The position numbers and the translations under genes were made by a program. From NCBI GenBank assembly GCA_963828465.1, contig CAWHEU010000007.1, forward strand, positions 1 to 64,000: a DNA stretch of 64,000 nucleotides. The letters run 5' to 3'. Source of the DNA: an uncultured Acidobacteriota bacterium (lineage in GTDB: Bacteria > Actinomycetota > Acidimicrobiia > Spongiisociales > ZC4RG35). Below, one piece after another: positions 30,672 to 40,157 of this stretch (positions are counted from its first letter, which is position 1; every line of letters starts with the position of its first letter). The notes below the pieces were generated by a model, which had not been told where the DNA came from, did no database searches, and saw nothing but the letters and a program-made list of their open reading frames with translations.

Positions 30672-31806
30672 ATGACAAACCTGCAGGAAGGGATCGAGCC
30701 CCTTGCCGATCTGCTCGCCCGCGACCTCGACCACATCGTCGACCAGCTCGTCGACGAATTCGCGGTCGATGGCTGGGAAGCGCCTCCTCATCACCGGAGG
30801 AGCCGGATTCCTCGGCTACTACCTCGTGCAGAGTGTGCTCCACTGGAACGACCGCGTTGTCGAAGATCAGCGGATCCACACGACCGTGTTCGACAACTAC
30901 GTGCGTGGCGTCCCGGCGTGGCTGGATGAACTCGGCCGGCGTGGCGATCTAACGATGGTTCGACACGACGTCCGGCAACCACTGCCGGACACGATGCCAG
31001 ACTTCGAGTTCATCGTCCACGCCGCAGGTATCGCGTCCCCGACGTATTACCGAGCCCACCCGCTGGAGACGATGGATGCCAACATCGACGGGCTGCGAAT
31101 GCTGCTCGAGTACGCACGAGACCGGGTCGACCGAGGCCTCGAGGTCGGCGGCTTCATCTTCTACTCGAGCAGCGAGATCTACGGCGATCCGGCTCCCGAC
31201 CGCATCCCTACGTCGGAGGACTACCGCGGCAACGTCTCCTGCACGGGCCCGCGCGCCTGTTACGACGAGTCGAAGCGCTACGGCGAGACCTTGTGCTCGG
31301 TGTTCGCCCAGCACTACGGCGTGCCGGTGCGGATGGTCCGCCCATTCAACAACTACGGACCGGGACTCAAGATCAGTGATCGACGCGTCATCCCCGACTT
31401 CGCACGCGACGTCTTCAGCGGTCGCGACATCGTCATGCTCTCAGATGGAAGCCCGAAGCGAACCTTCTGCTACGTGGCCGACGCCGTTGTCGGCTATTAC
31501 CGGGCCCTGGTGCGAGGACGGGCCGGCGAGCCCTACAACATCGGGATCGATCGTCCGGAGATCTCGATGGCGGACCTCGGGCGACGGCTGGCCACGACTG
31601 CGCACGACCTCTTCGGCTATTCCGGGAAGGTAGTGACGGGCGAGTCGACTGAGGCTGACTATCTGGTCGACAATCCGAACCGCAGGTGCCCGGACATGAC
31701 GAAATCTCGGGCTGAGTTGGGCTACGAGCCGTCGATACTCGTGGACGAGGGCCTTCGGCGAACCCTCGTGTGGTACCACTACCACCGCCATGCTGAAGAC
31801 GCCTGA
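30672..31806 (+). CDS. NAD-dependent epimerase/dehydratase, UDP-glucuronate decarboxylase-like; frameshift near 30764
   Basis: TGGAGFLG, AGIASP, SSSEIYGDP, GPRACYDESKR, NNYGP. Confidence 0.85.
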
Positions 31807-33143
31807 TGCGAGTCTCCATCATCGGCGCCGGCTATGTCGGGCTCGTCACCGGGGTGTGCTTGGCCGAAAAGGGTCACCAAGTCGTTTGCGTCGACGTGGA
31901 CCATACGAAAGTCGAGCGCCTCACTCGAGGTGAGGCGCCGATCCATGAGGTCGGCCTCGGCGAGTTGCTCGATCGTCACGCCGGCAAGGGATTTTCGGCA
32001 ACGACCGACCTCGTCGGCGCGGTCCGGGACTCCGAGGTGACCTTCATAGCCGTGGGCACGCCGTTCGACGGCGCCGCAATCGACCTGACATATGTCGTGA
32101 ATGCGGCGCGCCAAGTGGGGGCCGCCTTGGCCGAGAAGTCCGAGCATCACGTCGTCGTCGTCAAGAGCACGGTTGTGCCCGGCACAACGGACGGCGAGGT
32201 GCGGACAGCTCTGGAGGAGACCTCGGGCCGGCGCGCCGGTGAAGGCTTCGGTCTCGGGGTCAACCCGGAGTTCCTGACCGAGGGCCAGGCCGTCGCCGAC
32301 TTCATGGATCCCGACCGAATCGTGATCGGCGGGGTCGACGAGCGGACGCTCGACATCCTGTCCGACGTTTACGCCCCCTTCACCGACGTCCCGATCGTCC
32401 GCACCAACAACAAGTCGGCCGAGATGATCAAGTACGCGTCCAACGCCCTGCTTGCGACCATGATCTCTTTCTCGAACGAGTTCGCCGACTTGTGCACCGC
32501 ACTCGGTGGGGTCGACGCCCGTGACGTCATGGCCGGTCTGCACACATCCGGATATCTCAGCGTTCCTGGATCCGATGGCGAGTCGAACCCCGCACCGATC
32601 GTGAGCTTCCTCGAGGCGGGCTGCGGATTCGGGGGAAGTTGCCTCCCCAAGGACGTCAGTGCCCTCGTCGCGCACGGAGCCCTGAAGGGAGTGAAGATGA
32701 ACGTGCTCCAGGCCGTTCTCGACACCAACATCCAACGTCCGGATCGCGTGCTCGAAGGGATCCGCCGCGAGGTCCCCGACCTGCACGACGCCCGCGTCTC
32801 CGTGCTCGGCCTGGCGTTCAAGCCCGATACGGACGACGTTCGGGAATCTCCGGCATTTCCGATCATCGAGCGACTTGTCACCGCCGGAGCGGATGTCACG
32901 GCATACGACCCGGTCGCGATGGGCACGGCTCGACTCGTACTCGGAGAGACACCCGTGAAGTACGCCGCATCCCTCGAGGAGGCGGTCACTTCCGCCGACA
33001 TCATCGTGATCGTCACGCGCTGGCACGAGTTCGAACGACTACCGGCGCTGCTCCACAAGCTCGACCGAGCGCCGTTCGTGTTCGACGGCCGTCGCATGCT
33101 CGACGAGAACGCAGTTGAGCGGTACGGGGGTATCGGACGATGA
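31806..33143 (+). CDS. ugd: UDP-glucose 6-dehydrogenase
   Basis: GAGYVG, AVGTP, KSTVVPG, NPEFL, GFGGSCLPKD, FKPDTDDVRESP. Confidence 0.88.
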   Translation: MRVSIIGAGYVGLVTGVCLAEKGHQVVCVDVDHTKVERLTRGEAPIHEVGLGELLDRHAGKGFSATTDLVGAVRDSEVTFIAVGTPFDGAAIDLTYVVNAARQVGAALAEKSEHHVVVVKSTVVPGTTDGEVRTALEETSGRRAGEGFGLGVNPEFLTEGQAVADFMDPDRIVIGGVDERTLDILSDVYAPFTDVPIVRTNNKSAEMIKYASNALLATMISFSNEFADLCTALGGVDARDVMAGLHTSGYLSVPGSDGESNPAPIVSFLEAGCGFGGSCLPKDVSALVAHGALKGVKMNVLQAVLDTNIQRPDRVLEGIRREVPDLHDARVSVLGLAFKPDTDDVRESPAFPIIERLVTAGADVTAYDPVAMGTARLVLGETPVKYAASLEEAVTSADIIVIVTRWHEFERLPALLHKLDRAPFVFDGRRMLDENAVERYGGIGR

Positions 33144-33165
33144 CCAGCGCATCAGGTCGGAGTAG

Positions 33166-33595
33166 TCAGGCCGGGGTCAAGATGAATACCGGGTGCCTTT
33201 GGGCTTCCTCCTGCCATGCCTCGATCGGCGCCGAGGGGTCGGTCACGAAGTAGGAGCCAATCACAGGGGCGCACGATCGGGTTCAGCGACGCCAGCAGAT
33301 CCCGCACGATGGGGGCCGCCTGATCTGTGGTGAGCTCCTGCGAGGTAACCGGAAAGGTACGTCGTCTCACCGTAACCACGGCCTCTCCAGCTGCTCGAAG
33401 GTTCCTCACCCAGTCCACCCGGCCGTAGACGGACACCAACAGCCAGCCGGTTCCGTGTGGGTTGAGTGCGATGGGTGTGGTGCGCGGGAGGCCGGAGTTT
33501 CGACCGCGGACTGTGAGCAGGGCCTGGGGACCAAGGGGCAACCCGAGTCGGAGCAGGAACGAAACGATGGGGTTGTAGAACCGGGCGTACTTCAC
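33166..33595 (-). CDS. Deazaflavin (F420)-dependent nitroreductase-family oxidoreductase; frameshift near 33266
   Basis: LTVRGRNSGLPRTTP, DWVRNLRAAG; the typical tail EEAQRHPVF lies in the shifted frame and ends at TGA 33166. Confidence 0.8.
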
Positions 33596-33615
33596 GATAC
33601 CTCCTTGTTAGTCTC

Positions 33616-33650
33616 TAGTACGTTCCTCGTATATTACGACTACCATACTA
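33616..33650. promoter_or_regulatory. Putative MarR operator
   Basis: TAGTA-N6-TCGTA-TAT-TACGA-N6-TACTA imperfect palindrome between divergent genes. Confidence 0.6.
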
Positions 33651-33651
33651 T

Positions 33652-34122
33652 ATGAAAACCAGACGAACCACTGCGGCGGCCCTGGCACGGGAGATCCAGC
33701 ATCATCTCCGCGATCTCATCGCCCGGCTGCATCAACTCAATGACGCCGTCGGCGCCAGAGTCGAGCTGAGGGGGCCTGATCTGGAGATCCTGGACCTGAT
33801 CGCGCGTCACGGGCCGGTGTCGCCCAGCGAAGTAGCGTCGGCAACCGGTGTTCATCCAGCCACCCTCACCGGCATAGTCGATCGATTGGAGGAAGGGGGG
33901 TGGGTGACCCGCCTACCGAATCCCGAGGATCGTCGGCGTGTCCGCCTCGAGGCGCGACGAGATCGTGGGCCGGAGTTGGTCCGCCTCTACGGCCCGATGA
34001 ACCGCTCGCTGGCCGAGATCTGCGCAGCCCTGACTCCCGAGCAGCTCGGGGTGGTCCGCGACTTCCTTCGTGACGCTGCCGCCGCCGGGGGGGACGCGGT
34101 CAGCGGGCTCCGAGTCGACTGA
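33652..34122 (+). CDS. MarR-family transcriptional regulator
   Basis: Winged HTH: SPSEVASATGVHPATLTGIVDRLEEGGWVTR..DRR. Confidence 0.92.
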   Translation: MKTRRTTAAALAREIQHHLRDLIARLHQLNDAVGARVELRGPDLEILDLIARHGPVSPSEVASATGVHPATLTGIVDRLEEGGWVTRLPNPEDRRRVRLEARRDRGPELVRLYGPMNRSLAEICAALTPEQLGVVRDFLRDAAAAGGDAVSGLRVD

Positions 34123-34135
34123 GCCGCCCGAAACG

Positions 34136-34170
34136 AGAAGAGCCCGGCCGGGGGGCCGGGCTCTTCTTTG
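34136..34170. terminator. Bidirectional intrinsic terminator
   Basis: 14-bp perfect stem AGAAGAGCCCGGCC/GGCCGGGCTCTTCT between convergent marR and yceI. Confidence 0.85.
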
Positions 34171-34184
34171 TGCGGAGGACGGCG

Positions 34185-34748
34185 TCAAGCCTGGAGGGCA
34201 GCCTCGATGTCGAACTCGATCTTGAACTTCTCCGATACCAGCACACCACCGTTTTCGAGTGGGACGTTCCATGTCAGGTCCCAGTCACGACGCTCGATCT
34301 CACCGACGGCGCTGAAGCCCGCCTTGGTGTTGCCGTAGGGATCCGTTGTGGTGCCTTCGAAACTGAGGTCGAACTGCACCGGGCGGGTCACGCCGCGGAT
34401 GGTGAGATCACCGATCAGCTTCCAGTCGTCTCCAGCCGGGTTGAGCGCCGTCGACTTGAAGGTGATCAGAGGGTGCTGTTCGGCATCGAGGAAGTCGGCG
34501 GAGCGCAGATGCTCGTCTCGCTCTCGTGTGCCGGTGGTGACCGATGCGGCCTTGGCCTCGATCTCCACGGTCGACTGCCGTGGGTCGTCCGCCACCACGA
34601 TCGTGGCATCGAGGTCCTCGAAGGTGCCTCGGACTTTGGCCACCATCAGATGTCGAGCGGTGATCCGGAGATCACTGTGGATCGGGTCGATGAGCCACGT
34701 CCCTGGATGGGGGACGATCCGGCCATCGACGATGCGGTCTGTTGCCAT
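34185..34748 (-). CDS. YceI-family protein
   Basis: WLIDPIHS, RHLMVAKVRGTF, RDEHLRSADF, GDLTIRGVT. Confidence 0.92.
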   Translation of the reverse strand: MATDRIVDGRIVPHPGTWLIDPIHSDLRITARHLMVAKVRGTFEDLDATIVVADDPRQSTVEIEAKAASVTTGTRERDEHLRSADFLDAEQHPLITFKSTALNPAGDDWKLIGDLTIRGVTRPVQFDLSFEGTTTDPYGNTKAGFSAVGEIERRDWDLTWNVPLENGGVLVSEKFKIEFDIEAALQA

Positions 34749-34769
34749 TAGTGAGCCCTTTCGCAGTGT

Positions 34770-34785
34770 TGTTGAACTGTCAACA
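34770..34785. promoter_or_regulatory. Palindromic site upstream of yceI
   Basis: TGTTGA-ACTG-TCAACA. Confidence 0.45.
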
Positions 34786-34827
34786 TTCAAGGCTTCAACT
34801 GTATTCCCGCCTCGAGGTCCACCCTAC

Positions 34828-34852
34828 AAAGTCGACTAGAATGGTCAACAAT
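34828..34852 (+). promoter_or_regulatory. Putative Rrf2 operator 1, overlapping -10 TAGAAT and the start codon
   Basis: AAAGTCGACTAGAATGGTCAACAAT resembles the IscR type-1 GAC-N7-GTC box. Confidence 0.65.
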
Positions 34853-35297
34853 GTGGATCTCGCGCAAGACCGACTATGCGACGCGAGCCGTTCTCGCCCT
34901 GGCCATCGCCGAAGGGGAGCGTCTCAATGCGCAGGACCTCTCGCGGAGAGTGGGCGTCCCCGAGCCATTCATGAAGCAGATCCTCATGCAGCTGCGCGAC
35001 GCGGGGGTCGTCCGCTCGGAGCGAGGCCCGTCCGGTGGCTACCGGCTCAATCACGATCCCGCTGAGATCACCTTGGAGCGCATCGTGCGCATATTCCAGG
35101 GCCAACTTGCACCGATCGAATGCGCCACCCGCCACGAGCCGCAGCCGTGTTCGATGGAGATCGGGTGCAGCCTGCGCGATGTTTGGGCCGAAGTGCGCGA
35201 CGCCACGATCGCCATTCTGGAGCGGACCGATTTCGCCACCCTCGCCGCTCAGTCCGGCGGGCCCTGGGTCTCGGTAGGGCTGATCACCAAGCCCTAG
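34851..35297 (+). CDS. Rrf2-family regulator with three Cys (IscR/CymR-like)
   Basis: DYATRAVLAL, SERGPSGGYRL, ECATRHEPQPCSMEIGC. Confidence 0.92.
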   Translation: MWISRKTDYATRAVLALAIAEGERLNAQDLSRRVGVPEPFMKQILMQLRDAGVVRSERGPSGGYRLNHDPAEITLERIVRIFQGQLAPIECATRHEPQPCSMEIGCSLRDVWAEVRDATIAILERTDFATLAAQSGGPWVSVGLITKP

Positions 35298-36184
35298 ACG
35301 GACTGAGCAATCAGCTCCGACTGCTCGCGGTCCCGTCTGTTTCCTCTCACCGCGAGGACGATCGCGATCAGAGAACCGGCGACGATCGCCAGATAGCCCA
35401 AGGTCCTCGCCGATCCCTCGAGCCCGAACTGGTTGAACAGCGTTCTCGAGTTGGTGATCACGATTACCGACCCGACCACCGTGCCGAGCACTCTTGGTGC
35501 CACCTTTGTCACCAACCAGGCGGCGAACGGTGCCGCGATGGCGCCACCAACGAGAAGAGCGCCGGCGATCGGCCAGTCGATCCCTTGCGACCCGAGATTG
35601 ATCAGGAACCCGAGGCTTGCAGCAACTGACACGAGGAATTCGCTGGCGGACACCGACCCGATCACCTTCCGCGGCTCGGTCCGGCCCGAGACGAGCATCG
35701 TTGGAGTGGCGACCGGCCCCCACCCGCCACCTCCGCTGGCATCGACGAAGCCGGCAAACAATCCCAACGGTGCCAGGAACCTCGACTTGAAACCGAGGTG
35801 GTGGCGATCGGTCCGGGTACCCCTGACTGCGAATCGGATTAGAAGGGAGACACCGAGGGCGAGCAAGATCGCCGACATCCAGGGCCGTGCCGCCTCTGTC
35901 GAGAGATTGGAGAGGACGGTGGCGCCGGCATAGGCGCCGACGGCGCCAGGCACCCCGAGGAGGAGCACAGTCCGCCAGTCGACATTTCCAAACCGCCAGT
36001 GAGAGGCTCCTGAGATGAGCGTGGTCCCCACTTCGGCGAAATGAACCGAGGCCGAGGCCATGGCCGGCGCGATGCCAGTCGCCACCAGAAGGGTCGACGA
36101 AGTGACCCCATAGGCCATGCCCAGCGAACCGTCGACCATCTGTGCAGCAAAGCCGACGAGGACGAAAACGATGAGTGATGGCAT
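35294..36184 (-). CDS. TauE/SafE-family sulfur-compound transporter
   Basis: AQMVDGSLGMAYG, SGASHWRFGNVD, DASGGGGWGP, GSVSASEF. Confidence 0.9.
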   Translation of the reverse strand: MPSLIVFVLVGFAAQMVDGSLGMAYGVTSSTLLVATGIAPAMASASVHFAEVGTTLISGASHWRFGNVDWRTVLLLGVPGAVGAYAGATVLSNLSTEAARPWMSAILLALGVSLLIRFAVRGTRTDRHHLGFKSRFLAPLGLFAGFVDASGGGGWGPVATPTMLVSGRTEPRKVIGSVSASEFLVSVAASLGFLINLGSQGIDWPIAGALLVGGAIAAPFAAWLVTKVAPRVLGTVVGSVIVITNSRTLFNQFGLEGSARTLGYLAIVAGSLIAIVLAVRGNRRDREQSELIAQSV

Positions 36185-36204
36185 CTGGGATTTCCTTACA
36201 AGAT

Positions 36205-36229
36205 AAAGTTGACTTGGCTTGTCTATTTA
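36205..36229. promoter_or_regulatory. Putative Rrf2 operator 2, upstream of the tauE-like gene
   Basis: AAAGTTGACTTGGCTTGTCTATTTA; same GAC-N7-GTC spacing as operator 1. Confidence 0.6.
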
Positions 36230-36448
36230 ATACTGAAGACACGATAGAGCCTGTTTCAGGGCGTCGTCAAGAACTCGACGAATGAGTCGGCGAAAGCCGC
36301 GGTCTAGTCCCTTTGGTCACTCATCACGTTCGTCGACCACTCGACGTGGCACAACGGTCAGAGGTGCATGTATGCTCCGCGGCGTTGGGTGGAGGGCTAT
36401 CGCTCTTCCTGGTCTACCGGTGCGGGGAAGGCACCAGGGGGTTTCACA

Positions 36449-38208
36449 ATGCGTGGTGGAAGATTGGGGATGCTGGGGCTCGTGGTGGCCCTCCTCCTCT
36501 CGATCATGCCGGTGGCGGGTGCGCAGGTGGCCGACGACTCAGGTGAGTCGATCGAGCAGCAGGCGTTCACCGACACGGCGGAAGCGTGTTCCAGAGGCGC
36601 CATCGACGAACTGGCGGCGCGCGGCATCACACGTCGGGTGTAACCCGCCCGCCAACACCAGATTCTGTCCCGGACAACCCGGTGACCAGGGGCCAGATGG
36701 CCATCTTCATCGTCCGCGGCCTTCGACCTCGGGCCGGCATCGACCGATTTCTTCTTCGATGACACCGGCAAGGTCTACGAGGATGCGGCGAACCGTCTGG
36801 CCGAGGCCGGCCTGACCCAAGGCTGTGGCCCGGGGCGATACTGCGGTGACAACAACATCAGCCCGCGGGGAGATGGCGGCGTTCCTCTCCAGGGCGCAGA
36901 GCCTGCCCGACTCGATCGACGGATCATCTTCGTCGACGACAACACCTCGATCTTCGAGAACGGGATCAACAGGGTGGCCGAGGCCGGGATCACCTTCGGG
37001 CTGCAACCCGCCGGCGAACACCAACTTCTGTCCCACTGCCAACGTCACGCGTGGCCAGATGGCGGCCTTCATCATCCGGGCGCTGGCCGGCGGAGTCACT
37101 CCGCCGCCCCGGGGGCCGGACCGGAACCCGCCGCCACCGACGCCCGTGCCGCAGGGTTCTGCGACGACGTCACACGGTGATCAAAGGCTGACTGCCAGGC
37201 CTGCTCTCCCTGTACTACGTCGACCGGTGGTATCGGCTTGGACGAGCAAGGCGGGCTGGCGGTCAGCAAGAACCCGTGCAACTGGTCCGGTGTCGCCTGC
37301 AACCCGGCGCAAGCGGGTGACCCAGCTCATCCTGAACGCCGAGGCTCCGAACGATCCCGGCAACAATCTGAGCGGCTCGATTGCCGGCTGCCCTCGGGAA
37401 CCTCACCGGCCTGTCAGGTCATCGACTTCGCATCGAACGAGATCGGAGGGAGCATCCCGACCGGCATCGGGCAAGCTGAAGAAACTGACGGCGCTCGACC
37501 TGTCGGGGAACTTCCTGACCGGGACCATCCCCAGCCACGCTTGGCGGCCTCACCAGTCTCTCGGTCGAGCTGGACCTGCACAGCAACCGTTGACCGGGGG
37601 CCTTCCCGACCAGCTTCACCAACCTGAACGCCTGTTCAGATCCTGGACCTGGGATCGAACAGCCTGTCCGGGCGATGGACGTTGTTGGGGACGATGCCGT
37701 CCCTGCGCCAGATCGATCTCAGGGAGAACAAGTTCGCTGGGGCGGTGCCCGGGGTGATCGGCGAGTCTGCCAGTTCCTCAACCGTCTCGACCTGTCGGTG
37801 AACAAGTTCACCGCGGATCAGGGGCTGGGTTCGGGAACGCCCCGACGCTGGACGACATCGATATGTCCGAGAACAAGCTCTGAGCGGGTTCAGCCCGGCG
37901 TTTGCCCAGATCCCAACCCTGACCGAGCTGGATCTGTCGTTCAACTGATGAACGGGCGCCATCCCGGACGGGATGCATCAATCTGGGGTTGTTGTCGTCG
38001 CTGGACATCTCCAACAACCAGTTGAGCGACACAGAGATCCCCTTGTTCCGGCTTCGAGGAGCCGGGTCTGGAGGAGTTGCTGCTGTTCGGCAACACCTGT
38101 CTCCAGACCAGTGACCTGGCCAACTACAACTACATCCTGGCCCGCGATCCGGCGTGGCGCAACTGCGGCCAGCCAGCGCCCTCCACCACCCCGGCCGTGA
38201 TCGGCTGA
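36449..38208 (+). pseudogene. Secreted protein with 3 SLH-like repeats and plant-type LRRs; heavily frameshifted (decay or consensus errors)
   Basis: Signal peptide; GCNPPANTxFCP..VTRGQMA repeats; Pro linker; NPCNWSGVAC cap; NNLSGSI, NEIGGSIP, LDLSGNFLTGTIP spread over three frames. Confidence 0.75.
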
Positions 38209-38220
38209 GAACACTGATCT

Positions 38221-38251
38221 GAAAGAGCCCCTTCGGGGGCTCTTTCTCTTT
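38221..38251. terminator. Intrinsic terminator
   Basis: GAAAGAGCCCC-TTCG-GGGGCTCTTTC followed by TCTTT. Confidence 0.9.
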
Positions 38252-38253
38252 GG

Positions 38254-39160
38254 TCAGCGCAAGACCTTCTTCACCCGCCGAACCGTGTAGCGGGCGCTGT
38301 CGGCGGCCACCTGGCGCAGGGCGGCGGTCCGGGCGGACAAAGGCACTTTCTCGAACTTGCGCTCGTAGCCCAGATCGGCCAGCAGGTTCCCGGCGAGAGC
38401 CTCGAATCGGGCCACCTGGTCGTCGGACAGCTCCCGTCGCCAGTCGCGCAGACCCTTGGTCGGGGGGAGGAAGATGTCCTTGTGCCGGTCGGGCACCGCC
38501 GTGGTCGACACGATGTCGCCGGCTCGCTCGTAGTAGGTGAGCATCCGCGGATCGAATGGCAGACTCGAGGAAGTCGCATAGCTTCCTAACCGAGCCCTCG
38601 GTGTCGTCGATCAACTCCTCGAATCGGGACTCGATGTATCGGTCGGGGCCGAGCGATTCCCCGGCCGCCCGTCCGGCGTCGACCCGGCGCTTCCAGGAGA
38701 CGGCGACCTGTTCGATCTTGGTCCCGTCGGTGTGCGCCAGGGCGACGTCCCGGCCGTCTCGCACCGCATGGACGAATTTGCCCTCAGGGAAGAGGTCCGC
38801 CAGCAGCGTCAGATGATGGATGTTGCTCTGGGTCTTGTCTCCGTAGCGGGTCTTGCCCTGCAGGCCGGCGTAGAGGCCATAGAGCCGGCGCACCGCCTCC
38901 GGATAGTCCCCGGCCGGTGGGTCATTCAGAGCCATCTCGATGTCCCCAGCGTCGAGTCCCCAGTTCTCGAACCGATCGTCTTTGCCGAGATCCTTCAGGA
39001 ACCGCTCGGTGTCGTAACCCTTCTCCCGGTACCGATTCGCCAGCCTCGCCACGAACCGGGCCTCACCCGGGATGGCCAGGTCGGGATGAGAGTCGAAAAT
39101 GGCTCGGTGCAACGTCGTGCCCGAACCATTGGCCCCGAAGAAGAAGGGGAACGGCTTCAC
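38254..39160 (-). CDS. Sulfotransferase-family protein; frameshift near 38563
   Basis: GANGSGTTL..DSHP, GDKT, VRDGRDVA, RFEEL, CDFL, then LPFDPRMLTYY..WRREL..LGYE in the next frame. Confidence 0.85.
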
Positions 39161-40149
39161 GTGAGCCCTGCCCGGATCTCGGCCAGGGCACGCCCGGCCG
39201 ATCTCCGACCCCCCTCACCTTTCCGCTCGAGACGCTGGATGGTGCCCATCAGGCGCTGCATCTCCGAGAAACGCCATCCGGGCCCCGAGGCGGCATCAGT
39301 GTCTCCATAGCCTTCGGTTACTGCCGCAACCAGAGCCTCGGTCCAGGGACGGAACGACGTCGTGGTGTAGCGGAGGCGATGAACGAATCGGGAGAGGTCG
39401 AAGCCACGAAGCTGGGGTATCCAGCCGAAGTCGATCAGACCGGTGCCGTCCTCCATCATTATCACGTTCCCGGGGCTGAGGTCTCCGTGTGAGACGGTTA
39501 CTCCGTGGGTGTCGGCTGAGGCCATGTCGAACAGCTCGCCAAGATGCGTCTCGAGACTCCTCCGATCGGCCTCTGGCAGCAGCGGCCCGATGGACTCGAC
39601 TTTCCGCTCCGTCTCCTTCCAGATGCGATCCAGCTCTGGGCCAGGCTCGGGTTCGGGGAAACTCTCCAGAACCCGGACCGCCTGTCCGACTGCTGCTGCA
39701 GCGGCCAATGCCCTCGCTCGACTCTTGCCGGTAAAGGCGAACTGCAACGGGTTGCCCATGGGCTCGCCTTCCAACCCGAGGGTCACCACCTCGAGCGTGT
39801 CTTCGTCGAAGGCCAGCGTCTCATTGATGGCGAGAGAGGATTCGCCGGCGAGCTCCATGAAACGTCGCGCCATCTCGTCGCCCTGACTGAGGGCTTGGCG
39901 TGCCCGGCCCAGGTGTCGGGAATCCTGCTCCGCCGGCGGGAAGTACGGGGTCTTGTACCAGGCCGTCGCCACCGTTCCTTCGGTGGATCGCAAGGTCAAG
40001 TGGAAGAGCGTCGAGCGTTTGCGGTCGGTGCGGTCGCCCACGGTCCAGGTCAGAGATTCCGGGTCGATCGAGTGTTTGTCCGCCAGGGCCACCAGGGCCC
40101 TCTGCAGCACATCGGCTCCAGGGATGTCGGGTCGATGGTCGAAGGGCAC
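39157..40149 (-). CDS. APH/choline-kinase-fold phosphotransferase
   Basis: AWYK, HGDLSPGNVI, LIDFG, FDLSRF. Confidence 0.75.
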   Translation of the reverse strand: MPFDHRPDIPGADVLQRALVALADKHSIDPESLTWTVGDRTDRKRSTLFHLTLRSTEGTVATAWYKTPYFPPAEQDSRHLGRARQALSQGDEMARRFMELAGESSLAINETLAFDEDTLEVVTLGLEGEPMGNPLQFAFTGKSRARALAAAAAVGQAVRVLESFPEPEPGPELDRIWKETERKVESIGPLLPEADRRSLETHLGELFDMASADTHGVTVSHGDLSPGNVIMMEDGTGLIDFGWIPQLRGFDLSRFVHRLRYTTTSFRPWTEALVAAVTEGYGDTDAASGPGWRFSEMQRLMGTIQRLERKGEGGRRSAGRALAEIRAGLT

Positions 40150-40157
40150 GGGCCGGC

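Noticed and set aside
36285-36330. c-di-GMP-I riboswitch or hammerhead ribozyme
   Set aside because: The GGCAAAC and GNRA-receptor layout of c-di-GMP-I is absent, as is the CUGAUGA...GAAA core on either strand
36630-37075. Repeated AACCCGCC.GC.AACACCA segments as CRISPR or DGR repeats
   Set aside because: They are coding SLH-domain repeats; there is no regular spacer array, cas gene or reverse transcriptase
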